DNA of 64,000 nt, from assembly GCA_000002445.1 (NCBI GenBank), contig CM000207.1, positions 2,112,001 through 2,176,000 of the forward strand, given 5' to 3'. Source of the DNA: Trypanosoma brucei (Eukaryota). Positions 24,918-36,630 of this stretch are shown one piece after another; position 1 is the first letter of the stretch, and each line of letters begins with the position of its first letter. Under the pieces are notes generated by a model that worked only from the letters and a program-made list of their open reading frames with translations, searched no databases and was not told the origin of the DNA. The position numbers and the translations under genes were made by a program.

Positions 24918-27197
24918 CTATGGACCGTCAGCAAGGTGTTGCTCCCACAAGATACCATCTGCTCCTACTGTGTAGTAACGCAGGTTATGCTCCCAAACGT
25001 CATTCTTAGCATAATATTCCGAATTGTGTCGTTGTTCAGTGGTGCGGTTAACGGTGTAACACGCCCGCGGAGCTGGGCCGTAGGTAAAAGGAATCCGGTC
25101 CGGGAATGGCCAGACACATGGTGGAAGATACTCCCGCCGGCAGACGGATTGTCCAGCTGGTTCAATAAAGGACTCTACGGCATCCTGAACTGACGGTTCC
25201 GTCGGATAACAGGAACTGACGGAGCACAACGAAACCTCAGAGTGGCCTTTCGCCTTCCTCAGTAAGAAGGTGCATCCTTCAGGGTTTCCAGATTTCTCGT
25301 CCATCCCCTCTTGGTGTTGCCTCTCACGTTGATGGTACTGACGGGTCGCAGTTGCGACCAACTTCGAAAGGATGTCACGGAGGCAGCTCCAAGCGCTTTG
25401 GACCTCAGTGTCGTTAGAATATTCGTGAAGAACTTGATTCGCAAGCGTCGCGGACGAAAATTGCTCAATCCCAACAACCGCACTCGAATATGCATTGACT
25501 CGATACACATAGAGAGCCGCGGTTGGGTTACAATGAAGCAAGACCCACATGTATATTACTTCCTTTTTGCTAAAGTTTTCATATAGAAGGGTCCGCTCAT
25601 CGTCGGGCGCTGTGTTGTAACCTTTGCAGTTGTACTCCATCTTCACCAAGCGGAAAACTGGTTTCGGTTCTTTAAGGTCGAACACGCAATTCGTCATACA
25701 TAAAAATGCAAGATCAGCACCAAAGGAGACTTCGGAGTAGCACTTGCTTTCCCCACCATCAGGGCCACTGCACCGGCCTCTGGTCGGCAAACGCAACTCG
25801 GCGTCCACCAAACGCTTCATGGCCATTGCACTAATATTACGCCGCGACTCGCAGCTTGGTGGAAGAGGTTTCTCAATGCTGATATCGAGGCACTGCGCTG
25901 ATGGGGACCATGTGCAACTCACCGGTATGCAGAATTCCCCGCGAAACGACGACAAATGCGCTGTGGCCAATTTGAACAGCGCCGACTTGCAAACCCTGAG
26001 GGTGAAGAAGGTCCCCACAATGTCTTTGCAAGGGAGCGCTGGAGGCCGTGCCTCTGCCACCTCCTGTTGCTGCTGACCCTGAGACGATACGTCCTTTTCC
26101 ACAACTTTAGCACCCGCTACGTTTGAGGTGTGTAGTGCAGGCTCCCGCTCGTTAAGCCATTGCACTCCTAAAGGCAGCGTGGGCGGAACGGCGGCCGACG
26201 GAAGGACGCGAGTGTGACCTTTTGACTGACGCTCTTCAATGGTTTCAGCGACGCGATGCGCACAGAGATGACGGGTACGCTCACACAGAGTCGCCGTTGG
26301 CTTCACCCCGGTTGATGCTGCAATGCTTTTGCGGAGATCACAAATAACCTCGGAGAAATTGACCCCACCGCCCCCACCACCACAGGACGACCCACCAAGG
26401 AGCCCACGCAACAACTGCGACTCCAATCGGTAACGCAGCCACTGCTTGGCATATTGCTCCACGTACTCGTCAATGTAATTGTGGTTCCAACAAGCCCGGT
26501 GAGACTGCTGTGGCATCTCGTCGCTTCTGGTACGTTTGTTATACCCTGTTTCACACTTACAAGCCTCACATGCAATCATTTCTTCTTTTAACTTGTGGCG
26601 GTAAGCTGCCTGCTCCCGCTGAACTAAATCAATGACAGTACTAAGATCCGGATAGTCTTCCGTTGGGTTTGGAATAATGCCTTCCTCCAGGTATCTTTTC
26701 ACCCAAGAGTAATAGTGTCGATGTTGTCCCCGTGTGAGGCATGAAGTGCACATGGAGAGCCGCTTTGACGAATTGGATTTCATGATGGCGAGCGCAGCGT
26801 TGTAGTCGACCCGCCTACGCGTGTCATCTTCCCTAGCATCTTCCTCACCAAACGCTTCCTCCAGATACGATTCATTTACCCCCTTTAACTCTTCACGAAT
26901 CTCCGCACACCGGGGGTGCCGCCGCAGCGCCGTTAAAAGTGCCTCCGCATCTTCAGCGGGTAGCTCTAATGTGGGCGAGGCATTCAACAACATTTCCTTG
27001 CCATGGTAAACCCTTGCATTACCGGTACCGTCGCTGCTCTTACTACACAACCGGATAACTTCAGGAACAATAACATCCTTCTCGCTTGGGAAGCCATCTA
27101 CCGGAGCTCGCATAGGTACAGAGAACTGAGGAGGAAGAAATGCGCCATGCTCCTGCTGCCGTTTCTCCTCCAGAGCAGGCGACGGAAGCGATGTCAT
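24918..27197 (-). CDS. Hypothetical conserved protein (759 aa).
   Basis: 2.3-kb uninterrupted minus-strand ORF with complex composition. The embedded plus-strand ORFs are antisense. No recognisable domain. Confidence 0.6.
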   Translation of the reverse strand: MTSLPSPALEEKRQQEHGAFLPPQFSVPMRAPVDGFPSEKDVIVPEVIRLCSKSSDGTGNARVYHGKEMLLNASPTLELPAEDAEALLTALRRHPRCAEIREELKGVNESYLEEAFGEEDAREDDTRRRVDYNAALAIMKSNSSKRLSMCTSCLTRGQHRHYYSWVKRYLEEGIIPNPTEDYPDLSTVIDLVQREQAAYRHKLKEEMIACEACKCETGYNKRTRSDEMPQQSHRACWNHNYIDEYVEQYAKQWLRYRLESQLLRGLLGGSSCGGGGGGVNFSEVICDLRKSIAASTGVKPTATLCERTRHLCAHRVAETIEERQSKGHTRVLPSAAVPPTLPLGVQWLNEREPALHTSNVAGAKVVEKDVSSQGQQQQEVAEARPPALPCKDIVGTFFTLRVCKSALFKLATAHLSSFRGEFCIPVSCTWSPSAQCLDISIEKPLPPSCESRRNISAMAMKRLVDAELRLPTRGRCSGPDGGESKCYSEVSFGADLAFLCMTNCVFDLKEPKPVFRLVKMEYNCKGYNTAPDDERTLLYENFSKKEVIYMWVLLHCNPTAALYVYRVNAYSSAVVGIEQFSSATLANQVLHEYSNDTEVQSAWSCLRDILSKLVATATRQYHQRERQHQEGMDEKSGNPEGCTFLLRKAKGHSEVSLCSVSSCYPTEPSVQDAVESFIEPAGQSVCRREYLPPCVWPFPDRIPFTYGPAPRACYTVNRTTEQRHNSEYYAKNDVWEHNLRYYTVGADGILWEQHLADGP

Positions 27198-27560
27198 ACC
27201 CTAGTGTCACATAGTGAGAAGAAAAACAAGAAGTCAAAAGAGCCAGTGTGAGATTTTCTACCATTACTGCCGCCACCATTGTTGCCAGTACTTTAACAGG
27301 TGGTGATATGAGACGGAAAGTTCAACCAGAAATGCGACGTGCTCGAGCTGCTCCAATGAATAACCTAACAGCACGTTCCTCAACGCCAGCGCACGACTAA
27401 CAACCGCAAAAACAATTTGGCGCAAAGACAGGAAAGAAAAATCCCCGGGGCGGCCCCCGTAGTGCACCGCCTCTACCACGTCTTTTTGCAGCTCCCGATC
27501 AAACGCCGGTAGTCAACCCTACTTTCCGCTCCCGTCTCGCCCTTACGACTACACTCACGT

Positions 27561-28841
27561 TCACAAAAGTTTTACTGCAATAAGTCGCCTGGGTAGGTCT
27601 ACCTTTTTGGTGCGTAACTTTGGAACTCGTGGAGTGTCCTTTTGTAATTCTATTTGCATATTCGCCCACGCGCAAAATTCCTCCGCCGCTTTCATGTCCT
27701 TTGCGTATGCAGAGAGGCAACAGTTACTGCTCTTCTCACCATACTCGCCATCGCAAAGGTAATATCCACCTTGCACCAACCGCTCCTCCTCAACAGCCAT
27801 CCGCAGCACCACCTGCGCTCCATCTGTCCATGTTTTACCAATGAGCAGCGAGGGATAGTAAATTAAATAGTCCAGTACGAAAGTAGGGAAGAGATCACGG
27901 TACAAATGCGTTGTAATGATACCGGGGTGACAACAGGCAACGGAGACCCGGGGTAGCGGTTGTGACGGTTGAGCTCCCTCGGTGGTGGGAAGGTAAAGGG
28001 AAGAAACACGCTGTGCAAGGATATTTGTCCACCAAATCATGCACAGTTTGGAAAGCCCATAATAACCCACAAAGTTCCATAGAGTAAAATCCCGTACCCC
28101 GGCATCCTCACTGAGCGGTGCCCTGCTGTGGAGCTCTTTCAACATCTCCAAAGGACCCTGTTGTGGGGCGACGCCCAAAAACGTGTGGCAGCTGGATGCA
28201 ATATTAACAATCCGCGACGACGCCCCAGTCCGCAGCGCTGTCTCATCCAGTAGCGGAAGCAACAACTCTGTGAGAAGCATCGGCCCAACCACGTTAGTCG
28301 CAATCATCTCCTCCATCCCTGTACCATCACAGCGGTGAAGACGCCGGCGCAACACCCCAGCCGCATTCACCAAAAGTGACAGAGATAATTGATCTTTCTG
28401 TCCAGTCACAACCTCGGCAAAATCTCGCACGCTGCTCAGATCCGACAGGTCCAATACACCAACAACGATTGCACAGCCAGCAGGATTCCGCACCATAATT
28501 TTCTTCCGTGCCTCAAGCAGCCGTTCTTCACTGCGCCCCGCCATGACCACACGCCAACCATGTTCAACAAGTTGCTGCGTAACGGCAAAACCAATGCCGG
28601 AAGATGCCCCCGTGACGAGGGCTACACGAGAGTTTTTACCCGTATTAGCAGGCCACCGACAACTGCGGCCCTTCGCCTTTCTGCGGCAAATCAGACAACT
28701 GCTAATCATGAGAAGTGTAGTTGAGACGCCCGACATATTGACCCGCCAAAACCAACCAAAGAGGTGGGTGAACGCCCAAATTAAAAGAAACTGACACATT
28801 GTTATTGCTGCCTGCATCTCAGATGACTCGACATGCAACAT
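27561..28841 (-). CDS. Short-chain dehydrogenase/reductase (classical SDR, retinol-dehydrogenase/WWOX-like) with an N-terminal transmembrane anchor.
   Basis: Rossmann motif RVALVTGASSGIGF, NAAG motif, and active-site YGLSKL (YxxxK). A hydrophobic N-terminal segment is present. The exact start Met is uncertain among M1, M9 and M36. Confidence 0.75.
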   Translation of the reverse strand: MLHVESSEMQAAITMCQFLLIWAFTHLFGWFWRVNMSGVSTTLLMISSCLICRRKAKGRSCRWPANTGKNSRVALVTGASSGIGFAVTQQLVEHGWRVVMAGRSEERLLEARKKIMVRNPAGCAIVVGVLDLSDLSSVRDFAEVVTGQKDQLSLSLLVNAAGVLRRRLHRCDGTGMEEMIATNVVGPMLLTELLLPLLDETALRTGASSRIVNIASSCHTFLGVAPQQGPLEMLKELHSRAPLSEDAGVRDFTLWNFVGYYGLSKLCMIWWTNILAQRVSSLYLPTTEGAQPSQPLPRVSVACCHPGIITTHLYRDLFPTFVLDYLIYYPSLLIGKTWTDGAQVVLRMAVEEERLVQGGYYLCDGEYGEKSSNCCLSAYAKDMKAAEEFCAWANMQIELQKDTPRVPKLRTKKVDLPRRLIAVKLL

Positions 28842-29235
28842 CGCGCCGCCAGATTACACTACTTGGACAATATGTGTATCTTTCCACTATCAGTGACTGA
28901 ACGTGCCGACGGCGGTGGCAAATTCTATCCGCTTAATGTACCAAATGCAAATTTTGTATATATGCGTTCACTCATTTGGATGTGTGGAGGGAGTGAAATG
29001 GCAATATGCTAACAAGTACATTAAGCGAATAAACTTCCCTACCACCGGAACTAGTAGCCGCATCACCAGCACTCATAGATTTGTGTCACCACAGGTTTAT
29101 GCGTGCGCAAAATAAATAAATAACTATTTACTGTGAGATGATGTTAATGTATTAAGAGGGCGAGGAAAGCGCAGCCCCTCGAAACACTACGCGTACCGAC
29201 CGCAGGCGCTGCCAAACACTTACCCACGCTATGCG

Positions 29236-30810
29236 TTACACTGGGCTTCTTAACTCGTCCTGCCACTTCTGCGACCCTGAGAAACTGTGCCCCAACTGGT
29301 CCTCGCGCTTCATCTGCGCGTAATCACCCTCGTCCCAAACCTCATCACCTTCCGCATAAGTCAGCCGAACGGTTGTATCTGTCAAGTGTTCAACGTAATG
29401 ATTCACTAAAAATCCTTCGGAGTACCGCTTCGCCGCCAACCGGAGTTGCTCCAACAAATCCTCCCCACCAACGTCACCTTCATCGTTATAATCCCCTGTA
29501 GCCACGCATCCCTCCTCGTTACCCATTGCGGGTTCCTCCGACGCATCAAGTGAATCGCTAAGTGACTCAGCGGTAAACAAATCTTCAGTGGACTCATTTC
29601 TTCCGCCCTCCGATTGTCTCCCCGCCTCTCTCGTCTTCATATCCGCCTCACTGCCCAGATCCGCCCGGGCGCGGTTATCCATCAGTAGTATTTCGCCGCA
29701 ATGAACAAAAGGGTCGCCCTCAGCTCCCGTTACTGGAAGCTCAATCAGTGGGTCACCTTCCAACACCACCCGAATGGGATTCACCGCGTGGACGTACCGC
29801 GCAAGAGACTTTTGGATACATTTGGGGGCACCGAGTGTCACGCAGTTCTTCACGTCAAAGCCGCGGGCGTGCAAAAGTAACGCGAGGCAGAAAGCAACTG
29901 CCCCACCAACACCGTGACCGACAAGGACGGTGGACCGATACGCGTGCAGTGGGGTCTCCACCATTAACGCATCACACAGCCGCAGGGCCACACTGAGGTA
30001 CTCCGCATGGAACACCGTACCGCGCAGCTCCTCCGCCTCCGCGATTTCCACACGCTCCACGTCACGAGACCAGTCGTATGTCTCACACCGTACGTAAACA
30101 ATTTGCTTATTGAATGTTTCATCAACTTCCACAACCACATTCTCCTTCCCATGCGACATGTGATGAGCTGTGACACCGCTACGAGTTCCCACGATTGCCT
30201 CTGTGACTTGCCATGACGTCAGCCTACCGGGCTCCGCAACAGCGTCCCTGCCGCCGCCGGTTTCTTGCAGTCTGTGAAGAATAAGTAAACGCTCACCGTA
30301 CGGAATGAGCGCATGCTGCATGATGCGATTCTGCCTGTCGGAGGTCGCCTCCTCCTCCACCTCGTCACGATCCAACTTCTTCTCCTCAAACTGGCAGTAG
30401 CGAACATAATTTCGTTCCACCGTCTGCTGGTAGTGGACATTCCCCACTCCGGCAGACAAAACCTGAAGCATAGAAGTAAGGGCCGTATTGCCTGGTGCAC
30501 GCAAAAGTAACTCAGCTAACCCATGCACCTGCTGTAGTTCCTTCGCAATGAACTTCCCGTACTGCGCAGTCAAAACCCGCTGCTTTTGGGACTTCCTTCT
30601 TCCACCACGCGCATCCCCGCTCCCATCGTGGAGCAGATGCCTATACTGCTGTCGGTTCCGCTCCGCCCTCTCAAGGAAGCGACGGCCCACATATTGCCTG
30701 AGTCCTTCAGTTTGGTAGAGTGGGCAGTCACGCGTAACTTGTTCCGCAACTTTGATTAAACGGCGATACGCGACTCGGGTGTCGATGCGGATTGCGGATG
30801 GCACACTCAT
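29236..30810 (-). CDS. Class-3 (fungal-type) lipase-like alpha/beta-hydrolase protein whose nucleophile motif reads GHGVG instead of GHSLG. Possible pseudo-lipase. An LYR-like N-terminal segment is also present.
   Basis: The Lipase_3 core VLVGHGVGGAVAFCLALLL...VTLGAPK...RVVLEGDPLIELP...FVHCGE matches the family motifs vtGHSLGGAlA / tfGsPrvg / DiVPrlP / H. The start was set at MSVPSAIRID, because the upstream 64 codons are translated from a poly-pyrimidine tract. The N-terminal stretch AYRRLIKVAEQ is weakly LYR-motif-like. Confidence 0.65.
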   Translation of the reverse strand: MSVPSAIRIDTRVAYRRLIKVAEQVTRDCPLYQTEGLRQYVGRRFLERAERNRQQYRHLLHDGSGDARGGRRKSQKQRVLTAQYGKFIAKELQQVHGLAELLLRAPGNTALTSMLQVLSAGVGNVHYQQTVERNYVRYCQFEEKKLDRDEVEEEATSDRQNRIMQHALIPYGERLLILHRLQETGGGRDAVAEPGRLTSWQVTEAIVGTRSGVTAHHMSHGKENVVVEVDETFNKQIVYVRCETYDWSRDVERVEIAEAEELRGTVFHAEYLSVALRLCDALMVETPLHAYRSTVLVGHGVGGAVAFCLALLLHARGFDVKNCVTLGAPKCIQKSLARYVHAVNPIRVVLEGDPLIELPVTGAEGDPFVHCGEILLMDNRARADLGSEADMKTREAGRQSEGGRNESTEDLFTAESLSDSLDASEEPAMGNEEGCVATGDYNDEGDVGGEDLLEQLRLAAKRYSEGFLVNHYVEHLTDTTVRLTYAEGDEVWDEGDYAQMKREDQLGHSFSGSQKWQDELRSPV

Positions 30811-31664
30811 CGTTGCAGGGTAACGGCAGCCCCTCTTTTGTCTGTTATTTCCTTTCCTCCCTTTTCCCCTTTCTTTATTTTTTGATCCCCCCCCCCTTGA
30901 TTCCCAACTGGAAGGAGAGAAAGGGTTTCGTAACCCACACCTAATGCTGTGTTTGAACGGTCTGTGAGAAAAAGAGGAACGACTTTTGCACGATGAGTGC
31001 AATCACGTCGTGGCACCACTTCCCTTTGCAACAAAGCATAGAAACGAGTTATCCGTTCCAATATTTAAAAAAAACAAAAAGGAAGCGCATATGGGAGCTT
31101 GAAAAATACCTCAGGCGGTAGAGCAGTCCGGAAACCACAAAGCAAAAATAATAATAATAACAATAATATATAATAACAATAACAATAACAGAGTATCAAA
31201 CGCGAAAAGAAAGGATTCCGTAATAGGCATTAAGCCTGCAATTTGAAGTGGTTGCTGCGAAGTAAAAACAATCGATAAAGAAAGGAACTGGTGGGTCGTG
31301 TAGGGGACCGGAAGGGGAGGGAAAAGCAGACAAATGGAAATGTTAAGCACCTTTTTCTTGAGGGTGAGACCTACTTTACATTCCATGGTAAATGATAGGG
31401 GCATACAAGAGAACCTTTTGCCGCCAGAAAAAAAAAAAAAAGTGGCACGGCAGACCCTGATCACCACTTTGCCACGTAAAACAAACCAAATGAAACAATC
31501 AAGGGTACGTTACACGTAAACCCACTTCACTTTACTCCCACAGTTGTAACCCTAACCCTAACCCACACCCTCTAAGGGAATACATTTATATATTTATAAA
31601 TATATGTTCTACCGCATTGATGAAGTGAGAAGTCGCCTCTTCACGACGGGTTCGCCTCCAATCC

Positions 31665-33056
31665 CTACGCGGAAAGGTCTTCCTTTGCGTTTAACGGAAG
31701 GCCAACAATGTCTTTGCCCCATTCCACAATGAGGTCCCCCTCCTTCACATCCCAAGCGTAGCGCAAGAGCCATGGATGTGTTTGGTTCATGCACTCAGCG
31801 AAGTAGGGGCTGACAAAGGCATTCGGATCTCCACCACGTGGTTCAACGGGCCGAAGTTCCTCCGCATCACACATGGCACAGTGCAGCGTTGTTTGGGCTC
31901 CATCTTCAGGGGACTTTAGGAAGAGCAAACACACGAGCTGGTACGCACAGGCCACAAAGCCACTAAAAACGAGGTCTCGCGAGAAGTTTGTGCCCACACA
32001 ACCGGGATGAAGGCTGCAAACAGCGATGCCGTGGTGCCGGGCAATGTGGTGAGCGTGATATATATTGAGCAGCTTACTGGTCCCATAACGGGCAAAGGCG
32101 TATAGGAGTGTAGACGACGTTAGTGCGCCAAGGGCGTTAGCCTCACCACTATTGAGTGCCTTCAGAGCCTCTAATAGGCGACCGTTAAGTTTACAATCAG
32201 CTGCTCCCCGGGAGAACAGCAAACGCAGGAATCCACCTTCATGTAACACCAGCTGTGGGTATCGGTGAGCCGCAGAGGAAACGTATACCACACGGCCCCT
32301 GCTTTGCTTCAATACGGGTATAAGCAGCTCAGTTAAAAGCAGAGGGCCGAGAAAATTAACCGCCGTGTGAAGCTCCAGTTGCGGATTGAACCGACTGAAC
32401 TCCAATCGTCGACGCATCATACCAGCGTTGTTGACCAACACGTCAAGACGATCATAAGATGCCCTAAACCGGTCCACAAAACGACGTACACTACTGAAGT
32501 CATCACACTCGATGCAGAACCTCCCGTCGACGATGACTGTGGAGGGCACCTCCCTATACTCTTGACCTTTCGTATCCTTAAGCCGTTGTTGCTCTGCCTT
32601 TTCCCTAATCCTCCCCGCGGTTATTTCGCTGAGTGACGCATCCCGACAGGTACATATCACGCGATACCCCTCTACCGCCAGTCCTACCGCAGTCCAGAAC
32701 CCGATGCCGGAGTTCGTCCCCGTTACGATAGCAACGGGCCGCTCCTCATCCTTCATGTCCCGCGTCATGACAAACACGGAACGTGACTCATCCACTACAG
32801 AAGATGTTGGTTTGTCCCGACTAACATTACTGTCTGTGCCTTTACGGCAACTCACTTCATCTCCTCGCCTTCGCGGCCTTGCTCTGTTGCGCACACCGCT
32901 AGCCACCAGCCGTTGTAGCACAAGCCACACCGGCACTGCTACCACCAGAAATTGATTAGGCAAAAACGCAAATGAAGCAGCGGCCGCGCAAGCAGTACAT
33001 AAAGCTCCCAACTCACTATGGTAACCAGCCGGCACGAAACCCAACCCAACACCCAT
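31665..33056 (-). CDS. Short-chain dehydrogenase/reductase, paralogue of the SDR at 27561-28841, with an N-terminal membrane anchor.
   Basis: Contains VAIVTGTNSGIGF, VNNAGMM and YGTSKL motifs. LLTELLIPVL is shared with the paralogue (LLTELLLPLL). Hydrophobic N-terminus. Confidence 0.75.
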   Translation of the reverse strand: MGVGLGFVPAGYHSELGALCTACAAAASFAFLPNQFLVVAVPVWLVLQRLVASGVRNRARPRRRGDEVSCRKGTDSNVSRDKPTSSVVDESRSVFVMTRDMKDEERPVAIVTGTNSGIGFWTAVGLAVEGYRVICTCRDASLSEITAGRIREKAEQQRLKDTKGQEYREVPSTVIVDGRFCIECDDFSSVRRFVDRFRASYDRLDVLVNNAGMMRRRLEFSRFNPQLELHTAVNFLGPLLLTELLIPVLKQSRGRVVYVSSAAHRYPQLVLHEGGFLRLLFSRGAADCKLNGRLLEALKALNSGEANALGALTSSTLLYAFARYGTSKLLNIYHAHHIARHHGIAVCSLHPGCVGTNFSRDLVFSGFVACAYQLVCLLFLKSPEDGAQTTLHCAMCDAEELRPVEPRGGDPNAFVSPYFAECMNQTHPWLLRYAWDVKEGDLIVEWGKDIVGLPLNAKEDLSA

Positions 33057-34354
33057 TCCCTTTTCCCACTCTTCACCACTATTTGTTTTCCCCTACCCTA
33101 TTCAATCGTTGAAACTTTAGCGTTTCTTTTGTCCTTTCCAGTAATTTCCCCCTTCGTAAATCACACTCCCTTAATTCCCCACAAATATATACATATTATG
33201 GAAGAAGATGTCAGTAAAGAGAGGAAACAAAAAAAAAATCCGTTACAGTGTTATAAAGTTTGGCATTTCAAAAAATTGTGTTGCACAGACAAGAGGAGGC
33301 ATCAAAGCAATTAAAATACGTGAGTGAATCATACAGCACGAGCATTGAATAAAAACAGAGATGTCTAGTTCACAAAACTTGATGATCGAATGAAGGCATC
33401 TGCGGCACAACAACGATGGAGCAAATTTTGCAGTTGAGCCGTCAAACATGGACATTCAAGTGCAGAAGTTGGATGAGGGAAAAAGGGAAGGAAACGGAAG
33501 GGTTTGATGAAAGTAAAATAAAAAGAAAGTAAAAGCGATTAATCACAATCGCTTTAGTGCCTCCACATGAATTTGCAATACAAAGAATGTGTCATCATGT
33601 CCCTCCTCCTTCCTTCCCTTTATCAAATACACTGAAAAGGGTTTTGTCATAAGAGGGTTCCTCTGAGAGAGTTTAGTTACCGCCATGCAGCTGCGGAAGT
33701 ATCGGCAACCTCTACTCGCTTCACAGAACGTAACATCCAACCGTATTTTCACACACAAATGCGAACACAAAACTCTGATTCTTCCCTCCCCTTTCCTTTC
33801 CCTCCTTCCACACAAACACACACACACACACACATATAAATAAATATATATATATATATATATGCAAATACCCTTGACACTCAACTCCCTTAATTCCGTC
33901 CTCTTTGTTTCATTTCCCACTTAAGTTTATCTCTCCTTCCTTTTTTTTTTTCGTTCGGTTCATCATCCGCACATATGGACAGGTTGAGATGCGCGTCGCT
34001 AAATCGTAAGCTCTTGCATAAAGCACAAAAAAAAAAACAAAACGCTGTGAGCTTAACAGGAAATAAACGAGTAACAACTCAGGGATCTATACAACTCAGC
34101 ATATAACAAGTCTTGAAAATATATATACTCCACAGCTCTCACCGTTGCAACCGGTTGGGTCCAAAGAAGAAAAAAAGTGAGAGGACACAGACAGAGAGAA
34201 AGCTATAGAAAGAGAGAGAGAGAGCCGTGTCTGTGGGAAAGTAAATTAAAGGGGAGGGAAGGAAAAAAAAAAGAAACAAAACAAGTATGAGCGAACGACA
34301 TAAAACAAAACAAAACGCAGAACGATCACGTGAATATGGGAAGTACACACCAGC

Positions 34355-34972
34355 TCACATGACGGTGCAACACCCAGAGTTTGTTTTCTTGGCTTGCTTG
34401 TAGAAGGTTTTGCTCGCCATTCCCAAATCCTCACTTTGTGCGACGAGGTCATCAATTTTCTGCCCGCGTTCAATAATCTGATCAATGGCGTTGTACATGA
34501 TAACTTTGGTGTCTTCTATATCTCGTTTGATCTTCAGAATCTTATCCTGTTCTTCTGGTTTCTGGTATTTCTCCAAAGTTTCCGTCAAATGTGGCCAACT
34601 GAGGAAGTTATCTTCCTTCCCATCAACGAGGTCGTATTTGCCGCGAAATGTGGTTTGGAATTGCTGAACGAGATCACCAAGTAACGTAAATGCCACACGG
34701 GAGTTATATTCCACATCACTAATGGCTAAAGCAACCAACCCATCGAATGTCGCATGAGCAAAGACAACATTGCCATTTTCTGTTATTTGTGTTTTAACAC
34801 CTTTGGCCACGCGGTTCGATACGGTACGGGTGAGAAACACTATGAATTCCCTTGCGGAGTTCCGCTGGAAGAATCCAAATGAACTAACGTCGATGGCCTG
34901 AGAGCATATGACGGGTTGCTTCTCCACACCACTTGGGTAGGGTTTTACAATTGCCAGGGAGTAAAGCTTCAT
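34355..34972 (-). CDS. YKT6: R-SNARE Ykt6 (longin domain, SNARE motif, C-terminal CCxxM prenylation/palmitoylation box).
   Basis: The 205-aa translation runs MKLYSLAIVK...(longin)...KIKRDIEDTKVIMYNAIDQIIERGQKIDDLVAQSEDLGMASKTFYKQAKKTNSGCCTVM. The start was set at MKLYS, because the 44 upstream codons are low-complexity leader. Confidence 0.85.
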   Translation of the reverse strand: MKLYSLAIVKPYPSGVEKQPVICSQAIDVSSFGFFQRNSAREFIVFLTRTVSNRVAKGVKTQITENGNVVFAHATFDGLVALAISDVEYNSRVAFTLLGDLVQQFQTTFRGKYDLVDGKEDNFLSWPHLTETLEKYQKPEEQDKILKIKRDIEDTKVIMYNAIDQIIERGQKIDDLVAQSEDLGMASKTFYKQAKKTNSGCCTVM

Positions 34973-36584
34973 CGCAATGTTAATAATAAAAACAAAATCA
35001 ACAACTACGACAATATATGTATGCGCACCAAAGAAGGCAAACGAAAAAAAAATTCTTCTACCACAGACCTCTTCTTTTTTGTTCCCCACTTTGTGCTCCT
35101 CCACTTCTCAGACGCCTATGTTTTTTTTTCTTTTTCTTTTATAGCAATTAGAACACAAAGTAGAAAAGAAGAGTTAAATACGCTTATATATACTTATGTA
35201 TGTCACTTAAACGTAGCAGAGCTGCTGCCCACGTATAAATAATCAGTAAAGTAATACGTGAATTGTTAGAGCTGATTATATGTCAAATTTAACTCTCAGC
35301 TCCCGCCCTCCCCTTTTTTTCTTGCTTTTCTCTTGTGATATAATTGGTGATGGCGCCTTCTTTTTCCTTTTTTCCTTCTCCCTTTCTGCTTTTGTTGTTG
35401 TTGTTGTTGCTTTTATTGTCAATGCTGACCGGAATCGGCGGTTTTCAACTACCTTTCCTCCTTCCACGCGCGACACAAGAAGAAAGAAACTAAATTAAGG
35501 GAAAATATCAGTAACAATGATAATAATGATAATAATAGAATGAGAATGTAGGATAAGGCAACCAGGAAAGAAAAAGCGTATGTGAACGCAAACATATGCA
35601 TATATATATATATATATATACTAACACACATAAATATATATATATATATACACGGTGATGTTTGATGATGAAAGAACTTAAGTAAGACGGGGGAGGAAAG
35701 GGGAGAAACAAACAAATAATAAGAAAACAACAACAACAACAGCAACAAAAAAGAAAAGAAAGGTGTCACAATCTGCTTCCATTTTGTACTTAAAAGCGGA
35801 ATGACTGTTTCTTTGTTCTTCCTTCTTTTTTTTTCCTTTTTTCAAGTGAACCAAAGCACAGACGCTCATAAATTATATTCCCATGCCTCTTCCCTTTTTC
35901 CTCCATTACTCGCAATTTACTTCGCACATCAAATCGCCGATACTTCCCCCTCCCTTTTTTTTAAATCCGGCTCTCTTTTTTTTAAAAAAAAATGAAGAGA
36001 AACATATGAGGTATATAACTTTTTAATTATAATAATAATAACAGTAACATAACAGCAATAACAACAAATGAGTCGTAAAACAGCTGCGAAGGAATGAAAT
36101 GAAATGATGAGTAAGCCGAGCGGTCTCAAAGGAAACAATACGAAACTGAGCAACCACACGGAACACACGTCAAAAAAACGAACCAAAAGGAAATTATAAA
36201 AAAAGAGAGGGAGAGAGAGAGAGAGAGCGGGAACCAAACACATATGCCCACAAATAAAAATCCAGCAAAAAGAAAAAAAACGGCCGAAAAGAAAAAAAAG
36301 AAAAGAAGAACATGAAACTTTAAAAGGGGAAAATAGAGCAATCAACACACACATAAATATGTATATTTCTTTCAATATCCGTATATAAGACGTGACAAAT
36401 GCTCGAGAGTAATGATCTCACATCCCAGAACCACAATGACACCAAATAGTAATCAGAAAACGTCACCACCACCTCCATAAGGAGAAAGACACCAATACAA
36501 TGTCATCAAACAAGTACAAATATAAAAACAACTCTGAAAGAATGAATATTACTTTTCTTTTTTAAAAAAAAGAAAAAAGAAAAA

Positions 36585-36614
36585 GGAACAAGGAACAAGG
36601 AACAAGGAACAAGA
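36585..36614. repeat. (GGAACAA)4 heptanucleotide repeat in an intergenic region.
   Basis: ggaacaaggaacaaggaacaaggaacaag, immediately 3' of the poly-Asn protein gene. Confidence 0.85.
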
Positions 36615-36630
36615 GGTTTTATTGCTCCCA

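Noticed and set aside
33543-33920. 125-aa minus-strand ORF between the SDR and YKT6 genes.
   Set aside because: It contains an ICIYIYIYIYLYVCVCVCLC segment read from (TA)n/(CA)n microsatellites. The remainder is short, so it is probably 3' UTR or intergenic sequence.
35929-36375. 148-aa minus-strand ORF in the spacer upstream of YKT6.
   Set aside because: Highly Phe/Leu-rich translation of a poly-purine plus-strand tract. Typical low-complexity spacer, not a gene.
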